The notes under the pieces were generated by a model. The model was given only the letters and a program-made list of their open reading frames with translations. It did not search any database and was not told where the DNA came from. From positions 4,280 through 68,279 of the forward strand of contig JAAVYI010000022.1 of the NCBI GenBank assembly GCA_022791055.1: DNA of 64,000 bases, read 5' to 3'. The translations under genes and the position numbers were made by a program. This document shows, in pieces, positions 38,567-48,312 of this stretch (position 1 is the first letter of the stretch; the number at the start of each line of letters is the position of its first letter). This DNA is from Clostridia bacterium (GTDB taxonomy: Bacteria > Bacillota > Clostridia > Christensenellales > Pumilibacteraceae).

Positions 38567-40990
38567 ATGAGACAAGGAAAGAAACCAATCTTGACGACAC
38601 TGCTGTGTTTACTGCTTGCGCTGTCGCTGTCGTCGGCCGTTGCGGCGCTCGCCGGCGACGCAGCGGAGCCGCCGGCGACACAAGCTGTCGAAGGCTACAC
38701 GATGATCGTCGAGGCGGCTAAAGCCAAAGGCGCAGGCGTAGAAGGGACGCTGTTCGATTACAACCTGAAACACGGCAATGTGTCGGAGAATAACATCGTC
38801 GCGTTCACCGAAGCCGAAACCGCCTCGAGCGGCGACGGCAAAGGTTGGCTGGGCGTCGAGAACGCATTTGCCGACTGGGGCGAAAAGGGCAAATATCAGT
38901 TAGGTTCGATCAATAACGAGGGCATCCTGTTTGAGATCGTCGCCAACGAGAATCTTACGTTGCAAATCGAAAAGACGATGGGCGACATCGGCTGGCCCGA
39001 CCCGGGAGAGTTGACCATTTACGGCAAAGCGGGCGCACAAGGCATTTTGCTCAAACGGGTGACGTTCGACGCCGAAATTGCCAAAGACAAATCGGTCTAC
39101 GGCGGCACGTTTCCGATGCAAGCGGGCGAGACGCTGTACTGGCAGTTCAAATTCGAGTGGAGCGGCGAGGTCCGTAACGTACAAGGCCCGCCGTCGTTTA
39201 CCGCAACGGCGTCGCAGTCCGACGTCGGCGTACTCGGCGCACTGGAGAACGCCAAAGCCGACTGTAAAGAAAAGTTCGCCGCGTTTATCGTCGACTATCA
39301 AGAAGAATATTTTTCGCCCGAAAATTGGGCGATCGTTGCAGAGAAGATCGGCGGTTTCGACGCCGCGGTCGACGCATTGACAACGATCGCCGAAGTCGAG
39401 GCGTATTACAATACGATTGTTAGCGAACTCGCGGCGATCAAGCCGTCGCTCGACGTGTATAAGACACGCGCGGTCGCGGCGCTTGCCGCCTATATCGATA
39501 CGCTCGGCCGCGACAAGTACAATGCGGACGGCATCGCGGCGCTCGAAAGCATTGTCGAAACGTTTACCTCGGCAGTCGCGGCGGCGGACGTCGACAGCGC
39601 AGACAAAGTGGACGCGCTGCTTTCTGCGGCCAAGGAAGAAATGCGCGCCGTAGCGGTCAAGCCCGACGTGCGCGCGAACGAATTGCAGGCGCTGTTGGAA
39701 GATAAGATTAACCGCTTGAAGAACGCAGAAATCTACACGTTTTCGGCTGATGACTTAGCGACGATCGACGCGGCGCTCGAAACGTACAAGGCGGGGAAAG
39801 AGACGTTTGCCGACAATGCGGCGGCCGAGGCAGCCTACACGGCAGCGTGCGCGGCAATCGACGCTTGCATTCCGCAGCGCGAACTGGTACATATTTACGA
39901 CGCCGTCAGCCGCACGATCGTAAACGACTACGGCGATGTCGGGTTCACCCTGATCGACGTCGGCCTCTTTTACGGATCGGTCGAAGACCCCAAACGTTTT
40001 ACCCACCACGAGGGCGACGGATCGGGCAACGCGGCGGATATGTTGATCGAGGGCAAGACGGCGATCAAACGTTGGCAGATCGAGGCGGACGTCGGCAAAG
40101 CGGTCGTTATCAAGGCTACGGCCAAGCAAAACGTCAAGCTGTCGCTGACGCACCGCGCGACCGAGTGGGAGAACGGCATTGTTTGGAGTACGCACACCGC
40201 GTTCCGCTTTATGGCGATCGATGACGCCGGCACACCGTTTGTGCTTAAAAAGACGCCGGTCGCCTCGACGATGCCCGAAAATCATTACGCAATCAGCGTG
40301 CATTTACAGGCGGGCGATTCGTTCTATATCGAATACTACACCAACAACGAGTTCGGCTCGCTCGACTTTCAACCCGATTTGACGGCGAATACGACCGAAT
40401 ACAATGCCGACGAGCGCCCCGACTACCAGGCTATGCGCGACATGCAAACGCGAAAGGACGAACTATGCGACGCGCTCGACGCGTATTTCGCGGCGCTTTC
40501 GGAGGACGACTTTTCGATGGGCAACTGGGAACGGCTGAAAGCGCTTTTGCAAGAGGCGAAGACGGCGATCGGCGAGGCGCAGGACGCGACCGCGCTCGAA
40601 CAGGTGTACGCGAAGGCCGACGCCGATATAAAAGCCGTTCCAACAGTCGTGCAAGAGTCAGCTGCGCTCGAGACGTACAAGGCCGAAAAGCTGGCCGAGC
40701 TGAATGCTTATGTGGCGGCGCTTGCGCGCAAGTCGTATACCGACGAGGAATGGGCGGCCGTCGAGGCGGCGGTCGACGCATTCGAGACGGCGCTTGCGGC
40801 CTGCTCGACCAAAACCAAAGTGGACGTTGCGTTTGCGGCGGCGAAGTACAACATCGACGAAGTAACGCCGTCGGCCAAAGGTTGCGGCTGCGGCGGCGCC
40901 GTCGGTGCGGCGAGCGGCGCGGCGGGACTGGTGCTACCGGCGGTGGCTTTCGTGGCGTTTGCCAAGCGGCGCGCGTGTAAAAAGAGATAA
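38567..40990 (+). CDS. Large secreted/cell-surface protein with FIVAR-like helical repeats and a C-terminal hydrophobic anchor.
   Basis: RBS GGGAGGA. Signal peptide (LLCLLLALSLSSAVAALA). Several about 60-aa helical repeats with (S/E)xEW / ALEtYKA patterns. A central beta-rich domain. Ends GCGCGG...VLPAVAFVAFAKRRACKKR. Confidence 0.6.
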   Translation: MRQGKKPILTTLLCLLLALSLSSAVAALAGDAAEPPATQAVEGYTMIVEAAKAKGAGVEGTLFDYNLKHGNVSENNIVAFTEAETASSGDGKGWLGVENAFADWGEKGKYQLGSINNEGILFEIVANENLTLQIEKTMGDIGWPDPGELTIYGKAGAQGILLKRVTFDAEIAKDKSVYGGTFPMQAGETLYWQFKFEWSGEVRNVQGPPSFTATASQSDVGVLGALENAKADCKEKFAAFIVDYQEEYFSPENWAIVAEKIGGFDAAVDALTTIAEVEAYYNTIVSELAAIKPSLDVYKTRAVAALAAYIDTLGRDKYNADGIAALESIVETFTSAVAAADVDSADKVDALLSAAKEEMRAVAVKPDVRANELQALLEDKINRLKNAEIYTFSADDLATIDAALETYKAGKETFADNAAAEAAYTAACAAIDACIPQRELVHIYDAVSRTIVNDYGDVGFTLIDVGLFYGSVEDPKRFTHHEGDGSGNAADMLIEGKTAIKRWQIEADVGKAVVIKATAKQNVKLSLTHRATEWENGIVWSTHTAFRFMAIDDAGTPFVLKKTPVASTMPENHYAISVHLQAGDSFYIEYYTNNEFGSLDFQPDLTANTTEYNADERPDYQAMRDMQTRKDELCDALDAYFAALSEDDFSMGNWERLKALLQEAKTAIGEAQDATALEQVYAKADADIKAVPTVVQESAALETYKAEKLAELNAYVAALARKSYTDEEWAAVEAAVDAFETALAACSTKTKVDVAFAAAKYNIDEVTPSAKGCGCGGAVGAASGAAGLVLPAVAFVAFAKRRACKKR

Positions 40991-41023
40991 GACGCGCCGG
41001 AAATCGAAAAGGAAGGAGGTCGT

Positions 41024-41971
41024 ATGGCCGAAAGAATGACTTGCCGAAAAATGCCGCTCGCGCGGTATCTTAAGCGCAACAAAGCGTTATATCTGATGCT
41101 GTTGCCGTTGATCGCTCTGCTGCTGATCTTCAACTACTATCCGATGCTGGGCTTACAAATGGCGTTTAAAGATATGGAATACGGCTCGACGATGTGGCGC
41201 TGGCACTGGGCGACGACCGACGGCAGTCTCGATTTGTTCAAGCATTTCAAATACCTGATGGGCGACAAGGAGTTTTTTCTCAAATTCCTCAACACGCTGC
41301 GCATATCGTGTCTCAAACTGCTGTGCGGCTTTCCCGTCCCCATTCTCATTACCGTACTGCTCAACGAAATGACGTCGTTGCGCGTCAAAAAGGGCGTGCA
41401 GATCATCAGCTATTTGCCGTACTTTATTTCCTGGGTGATCATCAGCGGCATTCTTATTTCGATGACGGCGTCGGGTACCGGCTTTCAAAACTTCTGTAAG
41501 GCGATCTTCGGCAAAGAACTGTATTTTTTCTCCGACGACAAGCTGTTTATCGTCATGGTCGTACTCTCCGACATTTGGAAAAACTGCGGCTGGGGGACGA
41601 TCATATATCTGGCCGCCGTCAACGGGATCAGCCCCGAACTGTACGAGGCTGCGACCATCGACGGCGCCAACCGCTTCCAACGCATTTGGTTTATCACGCT
41701 GCCCGGGATCCTGCCGGCGATCAGCATCAACCTCATTCTGTCGCTCAGCGGCTTGGTGTACGGCGGGTTCGACCAGATTTTCAACATGTACAACAAAGGC
41801 GTGTACGGCATGGGCGATATTTTGGAAACATGGATCTTCCGACAGGGCGTGACCGGCGGCAAGTACGACGTTTCGACCGCTATGGGGCTGTTCAATTCCT
41901 CGATCTCGCTCGTGCTGGTGCTGATCGCCAACTTCGTTACCAAAAAGCTGGGAGGTACGGCGATATGGTAA
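41024..41971 (+). CDS. Carbohydrate ABC transporter permease (LplB/MalF-like).
   Basis: 315 aa, 6 TM, EAA-like loop (EAATIDGANRFQR). Confidence 0.8.
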   Translation: MAERMTCRKMPLARYLKRNKALYLMLLPLIALLLIFNYYPMLGLQMAFKDMEYGSTMWRWHWATTDGSLDLFKHFKYLMGDKEFFLKFLNTLRISCLKLLCGFPVPILITVLLNEMTSLRVKKGVQIISYLPYFISWVIISGILISMTASGTGFQNFCKAIFGKELYFFSDDKLFIVMVVLSDIWKNCGWGTIIYLAAVNGISPELYEAATIDGANRFQRIWFITLPGILPAISINLILSLSGLVYGGFDQIFNMYNKGVYGMGDILETWIFRQGVTGGKYDVSTAMGLFNSSISLVLVLIANFVTKKLGGTAIW

Positions 41972-42873
41972 ACACCGTTTCCCGCGAGAAGCGACTGAAA
42001 AAATGGCTGAAACGCTACTTCGGCATGAGCGTCGGCTCGATCGTGTTCAACGCCGTCAATTACCTGCTTTTTTTGGGCTTTGCGTTTTGCATGTTCTATC
42101 CGTTTTGGTACGTCGTCAGCCATAGCCTGCGCAGTTATACGCTGATCGACGACGTGCCGCGCCTGGTGTACTCGTTCAAGGCCTATGTCATCGTGTTCGG
42201 CAACAGCGGCTTGGTCACCTCGTTTTTGCTGAGCGTCGGCGTCGTCTTGGCGCACGTCGTTTTGCATATCATCGTGACCATGTTGGCCGCCTATCCGCTT
42301 TCCAAACGCGACCTGCGCGGCCGCACCGGCATTTTACTGTTCATCACGTTTACCATGCTGTTTTCGGGCGGCCTGATCCCGTTCTATCTCTTGATCCGCG
42401 ACATAGGCCTGCGCGATAACATTCTCGTCTACATTCTGCCGGGCGTGGCCAGCGGCTACAACGTCATCATCGCCAAAAACTTTGTGCAGTCGATCCCCGA
42501 CAGCCTGACCGAGGCGGCCAAGATCGACGGCGCGGGCGAGTTTACCACGCTTGTGCGCATCGTCTTTCCGCTGTCGATGCCGATCATTGCCACCGTCGCG
42601 CTTTGGGCGGGCGTCGGCAAGTGGAACGACTGGATGACCGGTATGCTGTACGTCACCGATCCCGACATGCGCATGATCCAAAACTTTTTGCGCAGCATTC
42701 TGATTTCCGCGTCCTCGACCGGACAGGGCGGCGTCGACAGCGACGTCATGTCGATGGCCGAAGGCGTCAAAATGGCCGCCGTCGTCGTCAGTATCATCCC
42801 GATCCTTCTCGTCTATCCGTTCTTACAAAAGTATTTTGTGAAAGGCGTGCTGTTAGGATCTGTCAAAGGCTAA
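41966..42873 (+). CDS. Carbohydrate ABC transporter permease (LplC/MalG-like).
   Basis: The ATG at 41966 overlaps the upstream stop (ATGGTAA). 302 aa. EAAKIDGAGEF EAA motif. Confidence 0.8.
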
Positions 42874-42903
42874 AACGACTATGAACTTGCAGGAGGTAAT
42901 ACT

Positions 42904-43869
42904 TTGCCGATAAAACACAAAATTTGGTTGGACACCGACATCGGCGACGACATCGACGACGTGCTGGCGTTGTATTTGGGGCTACACATGCCCGAGATCG
43001 AAATCGTCGGTATTTCGACGGTGTTCGAAAACACCGATTTGCGCGCGCGCATGGCGAAAAAGTGCGTAACACTCGCCCGCCGCCCGATCCCCGTATACGC
43101 AGGCATCGGCACGCCCGACGGGGGCGAAAACTTCCGCGGGACGAAACATCGGTTTTGCCAGTACACACGCGACCTATCGAGCGACGAATACGCGCCCGTC
43201 AATGCGCATTCGCCGATCGACGGCGAGAGCGCGGTCGACGCGCTGCTTGCGGCGGTCGCGCGCTACGGCAGCGCGCTGACCGTGTTGGCGATCGGCCCGT
43301 TGACCAACGTCGCCCATGCGATCCGCCGCGCACCCGACGTCATGCGGCAGGTCGGTCGCGTCGTGTTTATGGGCGGCAGTTTTTATACGCAGTTCCGCGA
43401 GTGGAATATCGTTTGCGACGTCGAGGCGGCGGCGACGGTGTTTTCGAGCGACGTGCCATTAGAGTGCGTCGGCACCGACGTCACCGACTTGACCGAAATT
43501 GCGCGGCGCGATCACGACGAATATTTGTCCGCGAGCGGCGACGACCCGCTGTCGGCCTATCTGTTCGAGTGCATACGGCTTTGGACGGACGACTATCGGC
43601 GCAAAATTTTGTTGCACGACCCGCTGACGCTGTACTACTGCGCGCACCCCGAAGTGCTGCTTATGCAAGAGATTCCGGTCTATTTAGAAACAGAGGGTAA
43701 GGGCGGGCGCGGCATGACGTTCAACTGCGACAACTGGTTTTCGCTGCCGCGCGGCTGTAGACCTAAGCGCTGTTTATGCGCGAAAAGCGTCAACCTAAAG
43801 CAATTCATGGGCGTGATCTGCGGCTTAATTGACCAACACAAAGTCATTCAAAATAAGGAGGCAATATGA
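42904..43869 (+). CDS. Nucleoside hydrolase (IunH family); TTG start.
   Basis: N-terminal DTDIGDDIDD motif (the DxDxxxDD Ca-binding signature). RBS AGGAGG 7 nt upstream. Confidence 0.8.
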   Translation: MPIKHKIWLDTDIGDDIDDVLALYLGLHMPEIEIVGISTVFENTDLRARMAKKCVTLARRPIPVYAGIGTPDGGENFRGTKHRFCQYTRDLSSDEYAPVNAHSPIDGESAVDALLAAVARYGSALTVLAIGPLTNVAHAIRRAPDVMRQVGRVVFMGGSFYTQFREWNIVCDVEAAATVFSSDVPLECVGTDVTDLTEIARRDHDEYLSASGDDPLSAYLFECIRLWTDDYRRKILLHDPLTLYYCAHPEVLLMQEIPVYLETEGKGGRGMTFNCDNWFSLPRGCRPKRCLCAKSVNLKQFMGVICGLIDQHKVIQNKEAI

Positions 43870-45518
43870 AAAAGAAAATGATGGCGTGCCTGTTGGCACT
43901 GTGTCTCGTCGTCGGCGTGTCGGCCTGCGGCAAGGGTTGTAACAAAAACAAGTACGAAGTGACGGTAGACGGCGCGCCGGTGCTGACGATGTTCATCAAT
44001 CAAGGCGACCAGTTCGACGGCGTCAAAAAGGATTCGATTTGGAAACAGATCGAAATTGAGGCCAACGTCAACATGCGCATACAGGGTTCGACCCACGGCA
44101 GCGATTATTACGATACGCTCAACCCCAAAATGCTGGCCGGCGACAAGATCGACATTGTGTTTACCGTGCCGGCCGACGCGGGCGACGCCTACAACGACTG
44201 GGTGGAGCAAAACGTGATTTGGAATCTCGACGAGCTGTTGGCCGCAAAACCCGGCGCGTATCCGAATATCGAAAAGGTGTTGCGCTCCGAACAGTACCGC
44301 AATATCCAGTACGGCGAGGGCAAGCACACGCTGCTGCCGAACATCAGTTCGTCGAGCGGCTGGGGCATTTATTACCGCACCGACTGGCTGAAAAAAGTCG
44401 GCTTTACCGACGCCGCGGGTAACGCCAGAACGCCCGACACGATCGAGGAATTTCAAACCGTCTTAAAGCTGTTTACCGAAAACGATCCCGACGGCAACGG
44501 CAAAAACGATACTTGGGGACTGTCGCCCGGCCCCGAGCCGTTCTATTGCAATCCTCTCTATCATGCGTTCGGCGTGACGCCCGACTACGACCTCGACGAG
44601 AACGACGAGGCGACATACATGTACTTGACCGACGAATATCGGCAATTCTTGACCTGGTTTCAAGATATGTACAATATGGGCTATATCGACCCGCAGTTCA
44701 ACGCCAACAATAATAACAACGACCGCGAAAAGTTCTACAACGGCAAAGTCGGCATTTTGATCACCAACGCCGAACAGCACGTGACCTGGGTCGCCAAAAC
44801 CTTTGAGGACGCCAACGGCGCAAACAAGCTGATGTTCGGCTTGCCGCCGGCAGGTACGACGAACGTAGGCAAAGCGGGCGCGCGCGGTTTCTCCGACTGG
44901 GGCGGCTGGTGGGGCGGTTTCTCGATCACCAAGCGCTGTAATGATCCCCATGCGGCGATGCGGCTACTGGACTATCTGTACTCGCCCGAGGGCACGATGC
45001 TGAGAAACTACGGGATCGAGGGGACGCACTACACGGCGACCGACGGCAACATCACGCCGCTGCTCGACGGCCGCAACGCCGAGCCGGAAGAGCGTTTCAA
45101 TACGTCGTTGGACACTGCGACCGGCGCCATGCAGCCGACCGGGTTTTATCGGCTGGGGAATAACTTAGGCAGTTGTATCGACTGGTCGCACTTCGAGACC
45201 GACGGCAAACTGGGGCTGAAACTCGATTCCAAATCGCTCGACGCCAAGTATTTTGCGCTCATCGACGAGGGCGTTGCCAAAAACGTCACCGTCGGCTCGC
45301 GGCTGCTCAACATGACGGCGACGTACCCGGGGTACGCGACCAAAATGAAGAAGATCAACGACGCGTGCGCTACCTACGCTTTGCAAGCGATGATGAATAA
45401 GATCGCCGTCGACGACGGTTATACCGCACTGGTTGCGCAGATCGCCCAAAGCAGTTACGACTGGGCGGGCGTGCAGAAAATGCTCAAAGCGGTCGCCCGC
45501 GACAGCGGCATTTTGTAA
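43866..45518 (+). CDS. ABC transporter extracellular solute-binding lipoprotein (LplA-like, family 1).
   Basis: 550 aa with a lipoprotein signal (LVVGVSAC). Confidence 0.75.
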   Translation: MKKKMMACLLALCLVVGVSACGKGCNKNKYEVTVDGAPVLTMFINQGDQFDGVKKDSIWKQIEIEANVNMRIQGSTHGSDYYDTLNPKMLAGDKIDIVFTVPADAGDAYNDWVEQNVIWNLDELLAAKPGAYPNIEKVLRSEQYRNIQYGEGKHTLLPNISSSSGWGIYYRTDWLKKVGFTDAAGNARTPDTIEEFQTVLKLFTENDPDGNGKNDTWGLSPGPEPFYCNPLYHAFGVTPDYDLDENDEATYMYLTDEYRQFLTWFQDMYNMGYIDPQFNANNNNNDREKFYNGKVGILITNAEQHVTWVAKTFEDANGANKLMFGLPPAGTTNVGKAGARGFSDWGGWWGGFSITKRCNDPHAAMRLLDYLYSPEGTMLRNYGIEGTHYTATDGNITPLLDGRNAEPEERFNTSLDTATGAMQPTGFYRLGNNLGSCIDWSHFETDGKLGLKLDSKSLDAKYFALIDEGVAKNVTVGSRLLNMTATYPGYATKMKKINDACATYALQAMMNKIAVDDGYTALVAQIAQSSYDWAGVQKMLKAVARDSGIL

Positions 45519-45542
45519 GGTCTGTAGCGAAGGAGAAAGGAG

Positions 45543-46748
45543 ATGAAAAAACTGTTTTGCGTCTTGTGCGCCGCGGTGTTGGCGCTGGGATGTTTCGGCT
45601 GTAAACAGGAGGAGACGCCGGTGAAAAAGAATTACGGGCCGAACTATAAGGTCGAGAACGAGACGGCCGACGCGCAGTATCTGTACGGCATGTGCAACCT
45701 CGCCTGGCAAGAGCCGGGCATCGATCCCGACATCACCGCGCAGCTCGTCGCCAATATGGGCGTCAAAAGCGTGCGTATGTGGATGCACTGTAACTGGCTG
45801 ATGACCGACCCGAACACGATGAACGCCGCGGCCGTCGCCAAAATGAAAGCAATGCTATCGAAACTCGCTTCCTACGACTTGCAGATCATCGGCATGAATC
45901 ACAGCAATTTCCACGACACGAGCATGGTCAACGGTGCGTCGACGACGGCGAAACCGGGGCGGGATTTGAGCGAGGGCAGCGCCTACATGCAGTGGCTGGA
46001 GGGTTATGAGGCGACCTGGTACAACCTGGCCAAAACGTTCCCCGAAGTGCTGTACTGGGAGATCGACAACGAGTGCAACAACGACGACTTTATGCCGAAA
46101 TTAGGCGGCGGCAAGTTCACGCTGAGCGACAAAGCGGCCGTTTACACCGACATGATGTTCTTTGCCTCGCGCGGCATTCATGCGGCCAACCCGGCGGCCA
46201 ACACGGTGATGGGCGGTATTGTCGGCAACAACTGCGAGGCGTTCATGGAATACGTGTACGAGAATATCGAGGCGCCCGATTCGTGGAGCAAGTATCCCGA
46301 CGACTATTTCCAGATCGCCTGTTGGCATCCGTATATCCATACCAACTACACCGACGAGAAGTTCCGCGCGTTCAATCAAGGCATTTACGACGTCATTCTT
46401 AAACACGAGGGCAAGGACAAAAAAGTATTCTGTTCCGAAATGGGTTGGTCGCAGGCCAACGTCACCGCCGAACAGGTGGCCGAATGGTTGCCGCGCGCCT
46501 ACGCGGTCGCGCGCGAACTGGGCTTTATCGAGAGTATCCACTACTTCCGTTTGTACGACGTATGGTCGTCGGACTGGGGGTCGCCGGCCGAAAAGCAGTT
46601 CGGACTGTTTACCGATCCGCTGTCGCACGGACCGACGATCGACGGCGTGTCGAAAAATCCGATTCTCGGCGCGCCCAAGGCCTCGGCTTTGGCGTATCAG
46701 GCCATGGCCGGCGGGTCGGGCAGCCTCGAACTGTTGGTCAGAGCGTAG
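45543..46748 (+). CDS. Secreted lipoprotein glycoside hydrolase (TIM-barrel, GH5-like).
   Basis: Lipobox LGCFGC. WEIDNEC, an NE(P)-type acid/base motif. FCSEMGW as a candidate nucleophile. Confidence 0.55.
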   Translation: MKKLFCVLCAAVLALGCFGCKQEETPVKKNYGPNYKVENETADAQYLYGMCNLAWQEPGIDPDITAQLVANMGVKSVRMWMHCNWLMTDPNTMNAAAVAKMKAMLSKLASYDLQIIGMNHSNFHDTSMVNGASTTAKPGRDLSEGSAYMQWLEGYEATWYNLAKTFPEVLYWEIDNECNNDDFMPKLGGGKFTLSDKAAVYTDMMFFASRGIHAANPAANTVMGGIVGNNCEAFMEYVYENIEAPDSWSKYPDDYFQIACWHPYIHTNYTDEKFRAFNQGIYDVILKHEGKDKKVFCSEMGWSQANVTAEQVAEWLPRAYAVARELGFIESIHYFRLYDVWSSDWGSPAEKQFGLFTDPLSHGPTIDGVSKNPILGAPKASALAYQAMAGGSGSLELLVRA

Positions 46749-46779
46749 CAAAACGAAAAGCGTAACAAAAAATATCGAA

Positions 46780-46814
46780 CGCCGCAGCAAATTGACAGCC
46801 GCGGCGTTTTTTGC
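46780..46814 (+). terminator. Terminator hairpin of the GH gene, overlapping the -35 of the next promoter.
   Basis: CGCCGCAGC-(loop AAATTGACA)-GCCGCGGCG followed by TTTTTT. Confidence 0.5.
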
Positions 46815-46820
46815 TATACT
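46792..46820 (+). promoter_or_regulatory. Promoter TTGACA-17-TATACT driving an apparently leaderless mRNA.
   Basis: The -10 ends 10 nt before the ATG at 46831. No SD between them. Confidence 0.5.
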
Positions 46821-46830
46821 GATATTATAT

Positions 46831-48156
46831 ATGCGATTACTCAAAAACGACATTATCGAATGCACCGTCGACACACTGGGCATATACGGCGAAGGCATTG
46901 CGCACGTTGAAGGGCGCACCGTGTTTATACGCGGCGGCTTGCCCGGCGAGCGGGTGCGGGCGCGCATCATTTTCGAGCGGCCGACCTTTTGCGACGCGCG
47001 TTTGGAAAAAATTCTCGAGCCAAGCCCCGACCGCATACGCCCGGTTTGTCCGGTGTTCGGCGCGTGCGGCGGTTGCGCGTTGCAGCACATGCGATACGAG
47101 GCCGAATTGCGGTACAAGAAAACGCGGTTGGAAGAGACGTTTTATAAGGTCGCGCATTTGTCCGTCGATTCGCGGCCGCCGGTGTGTTCGCCGAAACGCG
47201 AGCGCTATCGCAACAAGCTGTCGCTGCCGGTACGCGCCGGCAAAGACGGGGCGATGATCGGCTTTTTTGCGCGCGACTCGCACCGTGTTGTGCCGATCGC
47301 CGACTGCTGGTTGCAACCCGAATGGGTCAAACGGGTGATCGCCGTCACGCATGATTTTCTTGAGAAAAACGGGCTGCAAGGCTACGACGAGCAGACGGGG
47401 ACGGGCGATGTGCGGCATATCACCGTGCGGGAGATCGGCGGCCGCCTGTATATCGCGGCCGTGCTCTGTCACGCCGCAACAGACGAGGACGCCCTGCGGC
47501 GCGTCTATCTCGACGCGTTCGGACAGGACTGTCGGCTATATCTGAATATCAACCCGCGCAAGACCAACGTCATTTACGGCGACGCGTGGAAACGGTTGCA
47601 CGGGTCGGACACGCCGACGACGGTCGACGGCCTGTTGACCGACGTACACCCGGCGAGCTTTTTCCAGGTCAACGACGGCGTGCGGCCGCTGTTGTATCAA
47701 GCCGTACTCGACGCCGTAGAGGCCGATACGGTGATCGACGCCTATGCCGGCGCGGGGCTGTTGACCGCCAAGCTAGCCGCCAAATGCCGCCGTGCCGTCG
47801 GGATCGAACTCGACCCGTCGGCGGCCGCGGCCGCGCGCAGGACGGCCGAGTTGAACAAGATCGGCCTCGACAACCGCGAGGGCGACTGCGCCGCGCTGTT
47901 GCCGATTGCGCTCAAAGAATTTCCCGATGCAACGGTGGTACTCGATCCGCCGCGGCAGGGGGTGGACGCGGCCGTCACGCAGGCGCTCGCCGACAGCCGC
48001 GTAAAAACGGTGCTGTACGTCAGCTGCAACCCCGCGACATTGGCGCGTGACGTCGAACGCCTGGCGCAAGGCGGGTTCACGGTGGCGAGCGCGCAGGTTT
48101 TCGACATGTTCCCGATGACCGCGTCGATGGAGAGCTTTACCGTATTAAAGCGATAA
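46831..48156 (+). CDS. 23S rRNA (uracil-C5)-methyltransferase, RumA/RlmD family (TRAM domain, 4Fe-4S cluster, SAM-dependent methyltransferase).
   Basis: 441 aa. TRAM-like N-terminus. Cys cluster CPVFGACGGCALQHM. Methyltransferase motifs (DAYAGAGL, VVLDPPRQG). The upstream in-frame extension to 46219 is rejected (see promoter). Confidence 0.8.
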   Translation: MRLLKNDIIECTVDTLGIYGEGIAHVEGRTVFIRGGLPGERVRARIIFERPTFCDARLEKILEPSPDRIRPVCPVFGACGGCALQHMRYEAELRYKKTRLEETFYKVAHLSVDSRPPVCSPKRERYRNKLSLPVRAGKDGAMIGFFARDSHRVVPIADCWLQPEWVKRVIAVTHDFLEKNGLQGYDEQTGTGDVRHITVREIGGRLYIAAVLCHAATDEDALRRVYLDAFGQDCRLYLNINPRKTNVIYGDAWKRLHGSDTPTTVDGLLTDVHPASFFQVNDGVRPLLYQAVLDAVEADTVIDAYAGAGLLTAKLAAKCRRAVGIELDPSAAAAARRTAELNKIGLDNREGDCAALLPIALKEFPDATVVLDPPRQGVDAAVTQALADSRVKTVLYVSCNPATLARDVERLAQGGFTVASAQVFDMFPMTASMESFTVLKR

Positions 48157-48162
48157 ATTTGC

Positions 48163-48191
48163 TTGCATTTCGGCCGGAAATGTGGTATAAT
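48163..48191 (+). promoter_or_regulatory. Promoter TTGCAT-17-TATAAT with extended -10 (TGG).
   Basis: Read from the sequence, about 120 nt upstream of the citrate synthase ATG. Confidence 0.5.
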
Positions 48192-48312
48192 AGCAAACAA
48201 ACGTTTTTGAAAGTACAAAGAAGAAGCAAACATAAGATTACGGACAAAGCGTTATGTCGGTTTGTCCGCAGCATTTTTATTATATGTTTTCGTGTGTAAG
48301 TAGGGAGGTCGC

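Noticed and set aside
46219-46830. 204-codon in-frame N-terminal extension of the RlmD-like methyltransferase ORF.
   Set aside because: The extension overlaps the GH5-like gene in another frame and spans the GH terminator and a consensus promoter. The ATG at 46831 immediately follows the -10.
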